A stretch of 32,000 nt of DNA from Bilophila wadsworthia ATCC 49260. GTDB taxonomy: Bacteria; Desulfobacterota; Desulfovibrionia; Desulfovibrionales; Desulfovibrionaceae. Below are positions 8,703 through 18,059 of this stretch, one piece after another. The first letter of the stretch is position 1. The number at the start of each line of letters is the position of its first letter. The DNA lies in NCBI RefSeq assembly GCF_000701705.1, contig NZ_JNJP01000007.1, positions 35,332 to 67,331 of the forward strand. The letters are read 5' to 3'. The position numbers and the translations under genes are program-made. The notes below the pieces were generated by a model. That model saw only the letters and a list, made by a program, of their open reading frames with translations, searched no databases and was not told the origin of the DNA.

Positions 8703-8775
8703 GGGGAAGGGAAAGGGGGACTTTTCTCCAGAAAGGTTCCCCTTTCCCTTCCCAAGCCCCTCCCTTTCCCCTCCC
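8703..8775 (+). repeat. Copy B of the hairpin plus mirror-repeat tail element
   Basis: Left arm 8704-8726 gggaagggaaagggggacttttc pairs with 8731-8753 gaaaggttcccctttcccttccc (15 perfect bp, then 2 mismatches). Linker aag, then tail 8757-8775 cccctccctttcccctccc. It starts 9-10 nt after the ssb stop, in the same orientation and layout as copy A. Confidence 0.75.
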
Positions 8776-9041
8776 AAGACGTTTGACTGATGAGGAGGCC
8801 GCACGGAAGGAGTTCGTTCCGAGGTACGGCTGGGGAGACGGGATTTCCGTGTTTGACTCAAAGGTAACTTTTCCGCATCATACGGCGTGTCCGTTGATGG
8901 CAACGCCTCCGAAACACGCGCCATCGGATCACAGGGGAGCACCTTGGAAAGAGGCAAGCTCCGTTTTTCATCCATAAACACGAGGCACTGATCATAGCTA
9001 CGCGACTGGAAGGCAACACGGCGGGCCTGAAGCCCAGCCAG

Positions 9042-10670
9042 ATGAAGGCGCTGACGCGTCTGGGGCAACGGCGATATCCCGTACAGGGCGGCTACACAAC
9101 GGAACAGGCCCGCGAACTCGCGCTCCTTTCACGTGCGCTCGGGCGTCAAGTCGGCCTCGTCATCGATCGGCAGGGCAAGGTGGATATGGTTATCGTGGGC
9201 GATCCCGCGTCCATCCTGATCCCGGAATTGCCGCGCGGGCGCGGCGCGGCGGGCCGTCTGCGCGGCATCCGCCTGATGCACACGCACCTTTCTCCGGACG
9301 GGCTTTCGCAAGAAGACTTGATGGACATGCTGTTCCTGCGCCTGGACAGCGTTTCCGTGCTGACCGTCAACGATTACGGCGATCCCGTCAGCTTTCAGAG
9401 CGGGCACCTGCTTCCCCCCAACGCGGACAGCAAGCCTTACCGCATCCACCCCATGACCGCATGGGATCGTGTGGACATCGATTTCAACGCCGAAGCCGTC
9501 TCGCTGGAAGAGGAGCTTGGCCGTGTGCTCTCCGAAGCTTCGGAGGCGGGGGACAGCCCCCGGGCGATCCTCGTATCCGTCTCTCCCCTCCCCCGCGCCA
9601 TACAGGAAACGCACATCGAAGAGCTCCGGGAGTTGGCGCGCAGCGCAGGCATCGTGGTGACCGGGACGCTTATCCAGCGGGTAGCCGACATCCATCCCCG
9701 GCATATTTTGGGTAAAGGCAAACTGACGGAACTTGAGATTTTGGCCTTGCAGGGCCAAGCCTCGCTGATCATCTTCGACGGCGAACTCACGCCCGCTCAG
9801 CTCAACAGCCTTTCGGAAGTCACCGAGCGCAAAGTGCTCGACCGGACACAGCTTATTCTGGACATCTTCGCTCAGCGCGCCACGACCAGGGCGGGCAAGC
9901 TGCAAGTGGAAATGGCCCAGCTCAAGTACACGCAGCCCCGGCTTGTGGGCAAAAACCGGGCTATGGACAGGCTCATGGGCGGCATCGGCGGCCGTGGCCC
10001 GGGGGAAACCAAGCTGGAAACGGACAGGCGCCGCATCCGTGAGCGTATCGCCAAGATCAAGAAAGAGCTTGATGGGTTGCGCCAGCAGCGGGCCTTTACC
10101 CGTGCCCGACGCGCCCGGCAGGGTTTGCCGGTAGCCGCGCTGGTGGGCTACACCAACGCCGGAAAATCGACGCTCCTCAACGCCCTGACCCGTTCGGAGG
10201 TGCTGGCGGAAGACAAGCTGTTCGCCACGCTGGACCCCACCACCCGGCGGCTCCGCTTCCCCGAAGAGCACGAACTTGTACTGGCGGATACGGTCGGATT
10301 TATCCGCGACCTCCCAAAGGAATTGACCGAAGCTTTTCAAGCCACCCTTGAGGAACTGGAAGCCGCCGATCTGTTGCTGCATGTGGCCGATGCCTCGCAT
10401 CCCGAGCTCGACCGCCAGATCGCGGCTGTGGACGGCATCCTTGCCGATATGGAACTGAACGAAGTTCCGCGTGTCCTTATCCTCAACAAGTGGGACCGGC
10501 TGGAGGACGAGATGCGCGATATCCTGCGCGACAGATGGCCCGATGCCCTGCCCATTTCGGCGGAAACCCGGGACGGCCTCAACGCGCTTTCCCGCTGCAT
10601 CGAAAACACGATCCACTGGGAAACGACGGCCAACATCGAAATAACGGGCCCCATGCCCAAAGTGTACTGA
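9042..10670 (+). CDS. hflX: GTPase HflX
   Basis: HflX N-domain, coiled linker ([10 protein letters not shown]...RGPGETKLE), G1 [13 protein letters not shown]3 DTVGF, G4 NKWD. 9042 is the first ATG, but the frame is open from 8898, so the true start may lie upstream. Confidence 0.88.
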   Translation: MKALTRLGQRRYPVQGGYTTEQARELALLSRALGRQVGLVIDRQGKVDMVIVGDPASILIPELPRGRGAAGRLRGIRLMHTHLSPDGLSQEDLMDMLFLRLDSVSVLTVNDYGDPVSFQSGHLLPPNADSKPYRIHPMTAWDRVDIDFNAEAVSLEEELGRVLSEASEAGDSPRAILVSVSPLPRAIQETHIEELRELARSAGIVVTGTLIQRVADIHPRHILGKGKLTELEILALQGQASLIIFDGELTPAQLNSLSEVTERKVLDRTQLILDIFAQRATTRAGKLQVEMAQLKYTQPRLVGKNRAMDRLMGGIGGRGPGETKLETDRRRIRERIAKIKKELDGLRQQRAFTRARRARQGLPVAALVGYTNAGKSTLLNALTRSEVLAEDKLFATLDPTTRRLRFPEEHELVLADTVGFIRDLPKELTEAFQATLEELEAADLLLHVADASHPELDRQIAAVDGILADMELNEVPRVLILNKWDRLEDEMRDILRDRWPDALPISAETRDGLNALSRCIENTIHWETTANIEITGPMPKVY

Positions 10671-10740
10671 TAAGCCGCCCTACTCCGGAAAACGCCACGC
10701 GTTCCTCCCCCGGGCCGACATTACAGCACACGAAAAACAC

Positions 10741-10790
10741 GCGCCACACGGACAAGGGAATCCCCTTGATCCTGTGGCGCGTTTTCTTTG
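10741..10790 (+). terminator. Rho-independent terminator after hflX
   Basis: Long hairpin gcgccaca-c-gga-caaggg / cccttg-a-tcc-tgtggcgc with loop aatc, followed by gttttctttg. Confidence 0.75.
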
Positions 10791-10989
10791 GTACCGTCCC
10801 ACTGTTACAACAGCCTATGAGGAAAAAAGCACAGAAAAGCCGCATCCCGATAAACATGGAACAGCTCCACAATCCATCTGACCGTGAGAGCGACCATGCG
10901 GCAGAATCCCCTTCCGTATTGCCCCCATCGGTCAAACGGCTTAAGGGGAAAAAGGAAGGTGTGGGCCGTGCCAGCAGTTCCCTACTCTT

Positions 10990-11499
10990 TCACTCTCCCC
11001 CCTGCGACTCTCCTTGAAGATATATCAAAATCCGGGCGGCGGCGATGGCGTCCGAACCAGCATGGTGATGATCAAGCGGGATGCCGCAGTAACGGCAAAC
11101 GGCATCAAGCTTGTGGGAAGGAAGCTTGAGCTTCCTGCGCGACTCCCGCAGCGTGCACACGAAAGGAAGATCCGGAAGGGCTATGCCGTTGGACTGACAG
11201 CAGGCTTCCAGCACCCGCCGATCAAAAGGGGCGTTGTGCGCGACAAGATGCGTAACGCCTTGCAGAAACGACGCCATCTGCGGCCAAAATTCAAAAAACG
11301 TGGGGCTGCCCTGCACGTCCTTCCACGTGATGCCGTGGACCCATGTGAACAGGACACGCCGCCTCGGGGGACGGATCAGGCTATACAGCGTGTCGACGAC
11401 TTCGCCGCCGCGCACTTTCGCCAACCCTACGGCACAGGCGCTGTCCGGCTGATAGTCGGCGGTTTCAAAATCCAGAGCGACATATACGGGGTCGGCCAT
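10990..11499 (-). CDS. DnaQ-like 3'-5' exonuclease (DEDDh family, 169 aa)
   Basis: ExoI VALDFETAD, ExoII LVAHNAPFDRRVL, ExoIII HHHAGSDAIAAARI. I prefer the ATG at 11499; the ORF-track start at 11517 is a TTG inside a terminator T-tract. Confidence 0.82.
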   Translation of the reverse strand: MADPVYVALDFETADYQPDSACAVGLAKVRGGEVVDTLYSLIRPPRRRVLFTWVHGITWKDVQGSPTFFEFWPQMASFLQGVTHLVAHNAPFDRRVLEACCQSNGIALPDLPFVCTLRESRRKLKLPSHKLDAVCRYCGIPLDHHHAGSDAIAAARILIYLQGESQGGE

Positions 11500-11516
11500 C
11501 GTGTCTTCCCAAAACA

Positions 11517-11544
11517 AAAAAGGCGGGGAAATCCCCCGCCTTTT
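11517..11544 (-). terminator. Strong rho-independent terminator after the sulfatase-like gene
   Basis: Stem ggcgggg (11522-11528) / ccccgcc (11534-11540), extended by A/T pairs. On the minus strand it is followed by tttttttgtttt. Confidence 0.8.
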
Positions 11545-11550
11545 CCTAAA

Positions 11551-13104
11551 CTACAGGGTCCTTAATTCACCGATATACAACTTCAACTGCTGAAGCAGTT
11601 CCTTGGCCTTTTCGGGATGCTCGCCAGCCAGATTGTTCAGCTGGAACGGATCGGCCCGCCTGTCATAGAGTTCGTCCTGCTCGGGCACCGTCACTTCGGC
11701 CCCCTGAACGCACGTCCACATTTCCTCTTTCATTTCCAGTTCGGCGGACTGCCGGCCTGCGTTGCCGCCCTTGCCCGAGCCGTCATAGAAAAGGCGGTTC
11801 ATCTCGTCGGTATCGATATCGTTCTTGAGCCAATGGATATACGACCAATCCTTGGTGATGAGCGACCACGACATGCCGTAATATCCGGCTATGGCGACCT
11901 CGCGCACGGTATCCGTCTCCCCGCGCATGACCGGGAGCAGGCTGATGCCGTGCATCTCGTCCGCGCCGTAGGTCTGGATGCCTTCATGTCCGGCTTCGGA
12001 AAGCGCGGACTGCCCGTAGCCGAGCGCATCCATCATGGTCGCCGTGACATCCACATTCTGGACGAAACTTTCGATCCGCTTCCCACCCTCAAGGCCGGGC
12101 ACATGGATGAGCAGCGGAACATGGACCAATTCCTCATAGGGCCAGGGGCGGCACTTGCGCATGATGCCGTGCCCGTGTTCGCCGTTGCCCATGGGCTGGC
12201 CGTGGTCCGAGGTGATGATCACCATCGTCTCGTCCCAAAGCCCCTGCTCGCGGATCGAATCGAGCAGGTTGCCGATCCATTTGTCCACGAGTTCCACTTT
12301 TTCCATGTACAGGGCGCGGATATGGGCGCACTCCTCTTCCGTCATCACCCCCTTGACCTCGGTCCACGGGGCAAGGATCATCGGATTGCCCTGATAGTCC
12401 GGGTCATGCGGGCACGGTTTCCCTTCCCAGACGGACGGCGGATCCCAAGGTTCATGGGGATCGAACGAGTCCACCCACATCAGGAAAGGCCGCTTCGGAT
12501 CGCGTTTGCGCCGCAGCCAGTCGTCGGCTTCCCGGGCGACGACGCTGACATAGTTGTCGGCGTCCGACTTCCAGAACTGACGCTGCTTGAGGTAGCACTC
12601 GGCTTCCCGGATCAATGACTGCGACGAACTGTCGTATTCGCCGTCCTCGTTCCTGTGCAACATGCCGGGCGACAGATAGTCCTCGGCCTTCACGGCGGGG
12701 TCCAGAGGCACGTTATGGAACGTCTCGTGGTCCAGCTCATGCCCGTTGCAGAACTTTACATAGTCGAACCCGCGCGAATAGCCGTACTTGGGCAGGCGCA
12801 TGGGCGGCGTATCGTACACCAGCGCCGTCTGCACTTCCCGGCACCACAGCATGTCGGTCAGGCTGGTGTCATTCAGATCCAGCGGCTTCCACCCGGCATA
12901 GGGCAAAGTGAAGCGCCCGGTCATGATCGCCCTGCGGACGGGAATGGTAGGGAGCCCTTCGCTATAGGCGTTCTCGAACAGGAACCCTTGTCTGGCAAAA
13001 CGATCCAGATTGGGCGTTTTGACGTTCGTGTTGCCGTAGCACCCCAAATAGTTGAACTGGAGCGTATCCAGCATAATGAAAATCACATTCTTGATCGGAG
13101 ACAT
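11551..13104 (-). CDS. Sulfatase-like hydrolase/transferase (alkaline-phosphatase superfamily), cytoplasmic, Thr at the formylglycine position
   Basis: N-terminus NVIFIMLDTLQFNYLGCYG...TPNLDRFA, metal/active-site block ITSDHGQPMGNGEHGHG. The motif is T53-I-P-V-R-RAIMTGR where sulfatases have C/S-x-P-x-R. No signal peptide. ATG at 13104 preceded by aagagga. Confidence 0.8.
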   Translation of the reverse strand: MSPIKNVIFIMLDTLQFNYLGCYGNTNVKTPNLDRFARQGFLFENAYSEGLPTIPVRRAIMTGRFTLPYAGWKPLDLNDTSLTDMLWCREVQTALVYDTPPMRLPKYGYSRGFDYVKFCNGHELDHETFHNVPLDPAVKAEDYLSPGMLHRNEDGEYDSSSQSLIREAECYLKQRQFWKSDADNYVSVVAREADDWLRRKRDPKRPFLMWVDSFDPHEPWDPPSVWEGKPCPHDPDYQGNPMILAPWTEVKGVMTEEECAHIRALYMEKVELVDKWIGNLLDSIREQGLWDETMVIITSDHGQPMGNGEHGHGIMRKCRPWPYEELVHVPLLIHVPGLEGGKRIESFVQNVDVTATMMDALGYGQSALSEAGHEGIQTYGADEMHGISLLPVMRGETDTVREVAIAGYYGMSWSLITKDWSYIHWLKNDIDTDEMNRLFYDGSGKGGNAGRQSAELEMKEEMWTCVQGAEVTVPEQDELYDRRADPFQLNNLAGEHPEKAKELLQQLKLYIGELRTL

Positions 13105-13114
13105 GTTGTCCTCT

Positions 13115-14527
13115 TTAGGCTTTTCTGGAGCCGTGAACCGGCGTGCCGTTCAAACGCCAGATGCCGAAGCCGGTCAGGGCGCACAGGATGGAGAAAATGG
13201 GGACGAACCAGTTCAGGAATGCATACGGCGCGAAATCGAACGCACTGACGCCGAGCACGCCCGCAATGTAAAACGCGTGGACGCTCCACGGCACCAGCGG
13301 GCAGCCGATGGTCCCGGCGTCCTCGCAGGTGCGCGACAGCACGAGCGGGCTGATGTCGGCCTTCTTGAACGAGTCGAGGAAGGCGCGGCCGGGCACGATG
13401 ACCGCCAGCATCTGGCTGCCCGTGCCCAAATTGATGATGTAAGCCGCCGCCAGCACGGACGCGACCAGACGGACAGTGGAACGGGCACCCTTCAGCACCG
13501 CGTCGAGCAAGACTTCAAGCACGCGGGAGCGTTCCAGAATACCGCCGAAGGCCATGCCCGAGCACAGCAGCAGGACCGTCGGCATGATGCTGAGCAGGCC
13601 GCCGCGGGACAGCAGCGGATCAAGCTGCTTGATGCCGGTCTTGGAAACGTAGCCGGAGGTCATCATCTTGGCGAGATCGTTGAAGGCCACGCCCTCGTAC
13701 ACAGCGATGGCCACGGCACTGAGCAGGCACGCCACCATGACCGGCAGGACCGGGAAGCGCTTATACGCCAAGGCGATCATCAGGATGGGCGGGATGAATG
13801 CCACAAAATCCAAACTGAAATGCCCTTCAAGGCCGCTGAGGATCGCGTTGAGGCTTTCCAGCGAAGCGGTCTGTTCCTGCGCGAAGGAGAAACCAAGCAC
13901 GGTGTACACGATCCCCGCCGCGACGAACGCCGGGACCGTCGTCCAGAGCATGGACAGGATATGATCGAAAAGCGGCACTTCGCAGACGGACGCAGTAATG
14001 TTGGTCGAGTCGGATACCGGAGACATCTTGTCGCCGATGTACGCGCCGGAAACGATGGCCCCAACCGTCATGGCCGGGGGATAGCCGAGCGCCTGCCCAA
14101 CGCCGAGCAGCGCCACGCCGATGGTCCCCATGGTCCCGAATGAAGTGCCTGTGGCGATGGAGGCCACCGAGCACAGCACCATGGCGGACAGGAGGAAATG
14201 TTCGGGCGCAATCAGTTTCAGCCCCCAATAAATGATGGCGGGAATGGTCCCCGAGGCGAGCCACGCTGCGATGATCATGCCTACCAGCGCAAGGATGGCG
14301 ATGGCGATCTGGATGCGTCCGAGCGCCTCAAACATCCCTTCCTGCAATTCTTCCCAACGGTAGCCCGTCTTCAGCCCCATAAGACCGGCCAGCGCCACGG
14401 CGCCGATGAGCGGCAGCACGGGAGGCCGCACGCCGACAACGAGCGTGCCGTACAGGATCATCGCAACAGGCAACACCAACGACAGGATCGCCCATCCTAA
14501 AGAAGGCTTATTCCCTTTCGTCTCCAT
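13115..14527 (-). CDS. NhaC-family Na+/H+ antiporter-type transporter (470 aa)
   Basis: Polytopic, with NhaC-like blocks (SGTIPAIIYWGL, ATGTSFGTMGTIG, GAYIGDKMSPVSDSTN). The stop is 10 nt upstream of the sulfatase-like start, so an operon is likely. Confidence 0.8.
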   Translation of the reverse strand: METKGNKPSLGWAILSLVLPVAMILYGTLVVGVRPPVLPLIGAVALAGLMGLKTGYRWEELQEGMFEALGRIQIAIAILALVGMIIAAWLASGTIPAIIYWGLKLIAPEHFLLSAMVLCSVASIATGTSFGTMGTIGVALLGVGQALGYPPAMTVGAIVSGAYIGDKMSPVSDSTNITASVCEVPLFDHILSMLWTTVPAFVAAGIVYTVLGFSFAQEQTASLESLNAILSGLEGHFSLDFVAFIPPILMIALAYKRFPVLPVMVACLLSAVAIAVYEGVAFNDLAKMMTSGYVSKTGIKQLDPLLSRGGLLSIMPTVLLLCSGMAFGGILERSRVLEVLLDAVLKGARSTVRLVASVLAAAYIINLGTGSQMLAVIVPGRAFLDSFKKADISPLVLSRTCEDAGTIGCPLVPWSVHAFYIAGVLGVSAFDFAPYAFLNWFVPIFSILCALTGFGIWRLNGTPVHGSRKA

Positions 14528-14907
14528 TCCACACTCCTCTCCACAGTCTTCCGTCCGTCCCCTTCAGGAACGGGTACCGGCGAGCACACGGGCTCTGAGT
14601 TTTTTGTTGTTCTTCCGAGTATGACCCGCTCTTCACAAAAAGACAACTCACGCCCCACCCCTTTCCCCGCAAAAGGCGTTCATTTTATATCCTATGCTAA
14701 AAAATATTAAACCACCCATATTACCACCATTTGGGGCAGTTTGGGAGAGCCAGAGCGCCCTGCGCTGAGACAATGCCAAAGCATGAGCATAAAATGCTCT
14801 CGTAGTGGTGATATCCTTGTGCCCAGGCATCGGCTCCCTTTGCCATCTTCGGATGCCGCAATATAAACAAGAGCCAAACGCCCGCGAAGAAAGGCACAGA
14901 GTAATGC

Positions 14908-14943
14908 GAAAGCCCCGGCAGTATGGGCTGTCCGGGGCTCTTC
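14908..14943 (-). terminator. Probable terminator after the non-Pyl MttB-family gene
   Basis: Stem agccccgg (14911-14918) / ccggggct (14932-14939) with flanking extra pairs, 22 nt beyond the stop. The T-tract is modest. Confidence 0.5.
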
Positions 14944-14964
14944 TCAAAAAGTCACCTATTCATC

Positions 14965-16395
14965 TTAAACAGTTGCCTCCGCAAATGCGGAAAGTTCCTG
15001 ATTGAGCTTTGGGGTCAGAAGATCGTCAGGGGCGGACTCCAGGCGCTCGCGGCATTTTTCCGCAGCCCTATCCAGAATGGAAGGGCAACCTTCCGCAAAC
15101 CATGTATCGTAGTTGCTCCAGCAAGCCACATCAGGCTGCCATTGCCCGGAACAGGCGGCGAGGGTCGATTCGTGCATCAGGAAAGGCTCCATATGCGGCG
15201 TTTCGAGGAGCACACCCATGTCAAAAGAAGCCTCACTGGTGTCAAGCCCCCGCATCATACAACCAACACGCCGCAGCATTTCCTCGTCAATGATGTATTT
15301 CTCATAAGATACCGTCATCATGCCATCAAGAATGCCAAGGCATTCATTAATCATATGGGTGCCACCCATGAGCAGCTGGATATAGTTCTGCATTGTCTCA
15401 TATCCGGCTTGGATATCCGGCACTTTGGCGTCGGTATTGCCCGCGAGTGTACGGGTGGGCATATGGTAAAGCGACTGGGCAAGCTGCAGCGCGGCGCGAT
15501 CAATAAGGTTGGAAAGGGGGGAACCGGTGATGAATGCCCCGGAGCGCATGTCGGCGGCATATGTGGCAGTCCCGTAGATAACGGGAACACCGGGCTGCAC
15601 AAGTTGCGCAAGGACAATGCCCGCAAGGAGTTCGGCATTCTGGGCGACAAGAGCGCCAATGTCACTGATGGGCGTGCTCACTCCTGTCATCGGAGCGGTG
15701 AGCACGGTAACAGGCTGGTTGGCACGGGCGTAGGCTATGATGGTGTCGGCTGACTCCTGTGCGTACTGAAGCGGCGAAAGGGCGCACACGGAAGCCGTCA
15801 CGAAATAGTGGGAAGCGAGGTAGCCCTCACCCATAACCATTTCGATCATCTTGAAGACCTTTTCGTTCTCTCCAATGGTCGCTACCGGCCACGACATGAT
15901 CGGCTTGTCGGTATGCCTGAGAAGCTGATGGGTGACGAGCAGATGCTTGTTGGGTCCATCCACCTCATGGGGGTCGACGGTACATTGACCGACGATGGCA
16001 TTGACCCGGCTGGTCTGCCCAAGCTTATAAAAATTGATTACATCCTGCATGGTCCCATGACGGCGTTCACCGTGGCGCTCCTGCACATAGACCGGGCCAT
16101 GATCCTGCATGACGAATACATCCGTCTGCCCTTCTCCCGTATAAATGCTTTTTTGTGGATCACGGGCACGCCACACAAAACCGGCCGGGCATTGCGAAAG
16201 GCAACGCTCCACAAGGGAGGCCGGGAATGTGACACACGCTCCGTCCACTTTCGCACCGTGTGCCGCGAGGATGTCACGGGCAACTTCCGAATGGAACAAC
16301 ACGCCCTTGACCCGCAGGATGTCCAGCGTCAGAGCATGGACCCGTTCCAGTTGTTCACGGCTCAATACTTTGAATTCTCTATTGAAATAGGACAT
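14965..16395 (-). CDS. MttB-superfamily methyltransferase without pyrrolysine (quaternary-amine:corrinoid methyltransferase type, 476 aa)
   Basis: Full-length similarity to the mttB gene at 18582-20060 with no internal stop. I prefer the ATG at 16395 (MSYFNREFKVLS), preceded by aaggag. Co-oriented with the BCCT transporter upstream. Confidence 0.85.
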   Translation of the reverse strand: MSYFNREFKVLSREQLERVHALTLDILRVKGVLFHSEVARDILAAHGAKVDGACVTFPASLVERCLSQCPAGFVWRARDPQKSIYTGEGQTDVFVMQDHGPVYVQERHGERRHGTMQDVINFYKLGQTSRVNAIVGQCTVDPHEVDGPNKHLLVTHQLLRHTDKPIMSWPVATIGENEKVFKMIEMVMGEGYLASHYFVTASVCALSPLQYAQESADTIIAYARANQPVTVLTAPMTGVSTPISDIGALVAQNAELLAGIVLAQLVQPGVPVIYGTATYAADMRSGAFITGSPLSNLIDRAALQLAQSLYHMPTRTLAGNTDAKVPDIQAGYETMQNYIQLLMGGTHMINECLGILDGMMTVSYEKYIIDEEMLRRVGCMMRGLDTSEASFDMGVLLETPHMEPFLMHESTLAACSGQWQPDVACWSNYDTWFAEGCPSILDRAAEKCRERLESAPDDLLTPKLNQELSAFAEATV

Positions 16396-16499
16396 ATCAA
16401 ACTCCTTTTCAGTATGGCAGCCCATAAGGGGAACCGCACCGGAATGGCAGGCGGATACAGCCGCCCCTTTGGGAAGGGCTGCCCCGCCTACGTTCCCGT

Positions 16500-18059
16500 C
16501 TACTCCGTTTCCTCCTGTTGCCTATCGTGCTTCATCATCTTCACGATGGAGATGATGTAGGCAAACGTAACAAGTACAAAAGGAGCCGCCGCCGCGATGG
16601 CAAGGGACTTGATGGCCGCAAAGCCTCCCGTGACTTGGAAGAGGATGCCCGTAAACCCGATGGTGCAGCCCCAAAAGACGCGCATGGTCAGGCGGGGTAC
16701 TTCAATGCCGTTGGTCGTCTGTTGGGCAATGAAGTGGGAAGCGGCGTCGGCGGTAGTGATGGCGAACAGGCAGAAGCAGATAAAGGCGATGAAGCACAGC
16801 ACCGAGCCAAACGGGAATGAGCCGAGCAGGATGTAGAGGGCCTGTTCCGGGCTGCCCTGCACGGTTTCCCAAAGGGGCAGGAAGCCCTTGAGCTGTTCAT
16901 AGCAGGAATTGCTCCCCCATACGGAGAACCACAGCAAAGTCATGAATAGGGGCACAAGTACCGTGCCACAGACAAATTCACGCATGGTGCGCCCACGCGA
17001 GATACGGGCGATGAAGCCGCCTGTGAACGGAACATACGAAATATTCCATAGGATATAGAAAATGAACCATGAGCCCGACCACTCTCGCGGCTCAAAATTC
17101 CCGGCATCCGTCCAGAGCAGGTTCTGAGGCAAGCGGAAAAGGAATTCTCCCGCGACCTGCATAAGCATGTTGATCACATAAGTAAAAGGAGTGGCGCCAA
17201 GAATGAGCACAGCAAAGAGCAAGCCAAGGGTAATGTATCCATTGGATTCGCTGAGATACCGCATACCGCGCGCAAGGCCGGTGGACGTGCTGATGATGTA
17301 GGTGAGGATGAAGCAAAGCATGATCGAGAACTTGCCTGTCGCGCCCAATTCAATGCCGAAGAGGATCTGAAAAGCGTAGCTGATGGAGGCTACCCCAAGG
17401 CCGATCATCATGGATACGCCGCCGATAGTGCCGATGGCGGCGAGTACGTCCACAGCCTTGCTGACCAGGGTATCGTTGCAGCGCTCGCCAAGAAGGCCGT
17501 AGAGCCCGGTGGAAGTACGGAGAGGTTTATTATGGCGATAGGCCGCATACCCGATAGCCCATCCACCGACGGCGAACAGCGGCCAGCCGAATAGGCCCCA
17601 GTTCACTACGGAGAGCCGGATGGCCTCGGGGACGCCCCGAACGGCCCCAGCGCTCCCGGCATCCATGACCGTGGGGGCGGTGAACAGGTGATAGAGCGGC
17701 TCGGCAGCCCCGAAGATGACGAAACCTGTGCCGAGGGCTGCGCAAAACAGCATGGCGACCCATGCAAAGAAAGAGAATTCCGGCTTTTCGTCCGCCGCAC
17801 CGAGCTTCACTGTTGCAAAACGGCTGCTGCAAGCCATCCAGACCGAGAAAAAGATGGCACTCGCTCCGGTAAGCAGGATGAGCCAGCTGAAATGTGCAAT
17901 GATGAAACGCTGGATGGAACTGAAGGTCGCCCCGGCTCCGGAGGGATCGATGATGGCATAGGCGATAATGCATCCGTACAAGATGGCCACTGGCCAAAAA
18001 ATCTTATTGTCGTAGTTGCCAAGAATGCTGAACTTCTTTGGATCGTTGGCGCTTTCCAT
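16500..18059 (-). CDS. BCCT-family betaine/carnitine/choline transporter (519 aa)
   Basis: 12-TM profile and BCCT blocks (FSFFAWVAMLFCAALGTGFVIFGAAEP; Trp-rich TM8 region WSGSWFIFYILWNISYVPFTGGFIARISRGRT). ATG preceded by gaggag. Confidence 0.88.
   Translation of the reverse strand: MESANDPKKFSILGNYDNKIFWPVAILYGCIIAYAIIDPSGAGATFSSIQRFIIAHFSWLILLTGASAIFFSVWMACSSRFATVKLGAADEKPEFSFFAWVAMLFCAALGTGFVIFGAAEPLYHLFTAPTVMDAGSAGAVRGVPEAIRLSVVNWGLFGWPLFAVGGWAIGYAAYRHNKPLRTSTGLYGLLGERCNDTLVSKAVDVLAAIGTIGGVSMMIGLGVASISYAFQILFGIELGATGKFSIMLCFILTYIISTSTGLARGMRYLSESNGYITLGLLFAVLILGATPFTYVINMLMQVAGEFLFRLPQNLLWTDAGNFEPREWSGSWFIFYILWNISYVPFTGGFIARISRGRTMREFVCGTVLVPLFMTLLWFSVWGSNSCYEQLKGFLPLWETVQGSPEQALYILLGSFPFGSVLCFIAFICFCLFAITTADAASHFIAQQTTNGIEVPRLTMRVFWGCTIGFTGILFQVTGGFAAIKSLAIAAAAPFVLVTFAYIISIVKMMKHDRQQEETE

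Noticed and set aside
10817-11017. 66-codon plus-strand ORF (MRKKAQKSRIPINMEQ...) in the hflX/exonuclease convergent gap
   Set aside because: It has no SD, starts just downstream of the hflX terminator, overlaps the exonuclease 3' end and has a low-complexity Ser/Pro-rich tail.
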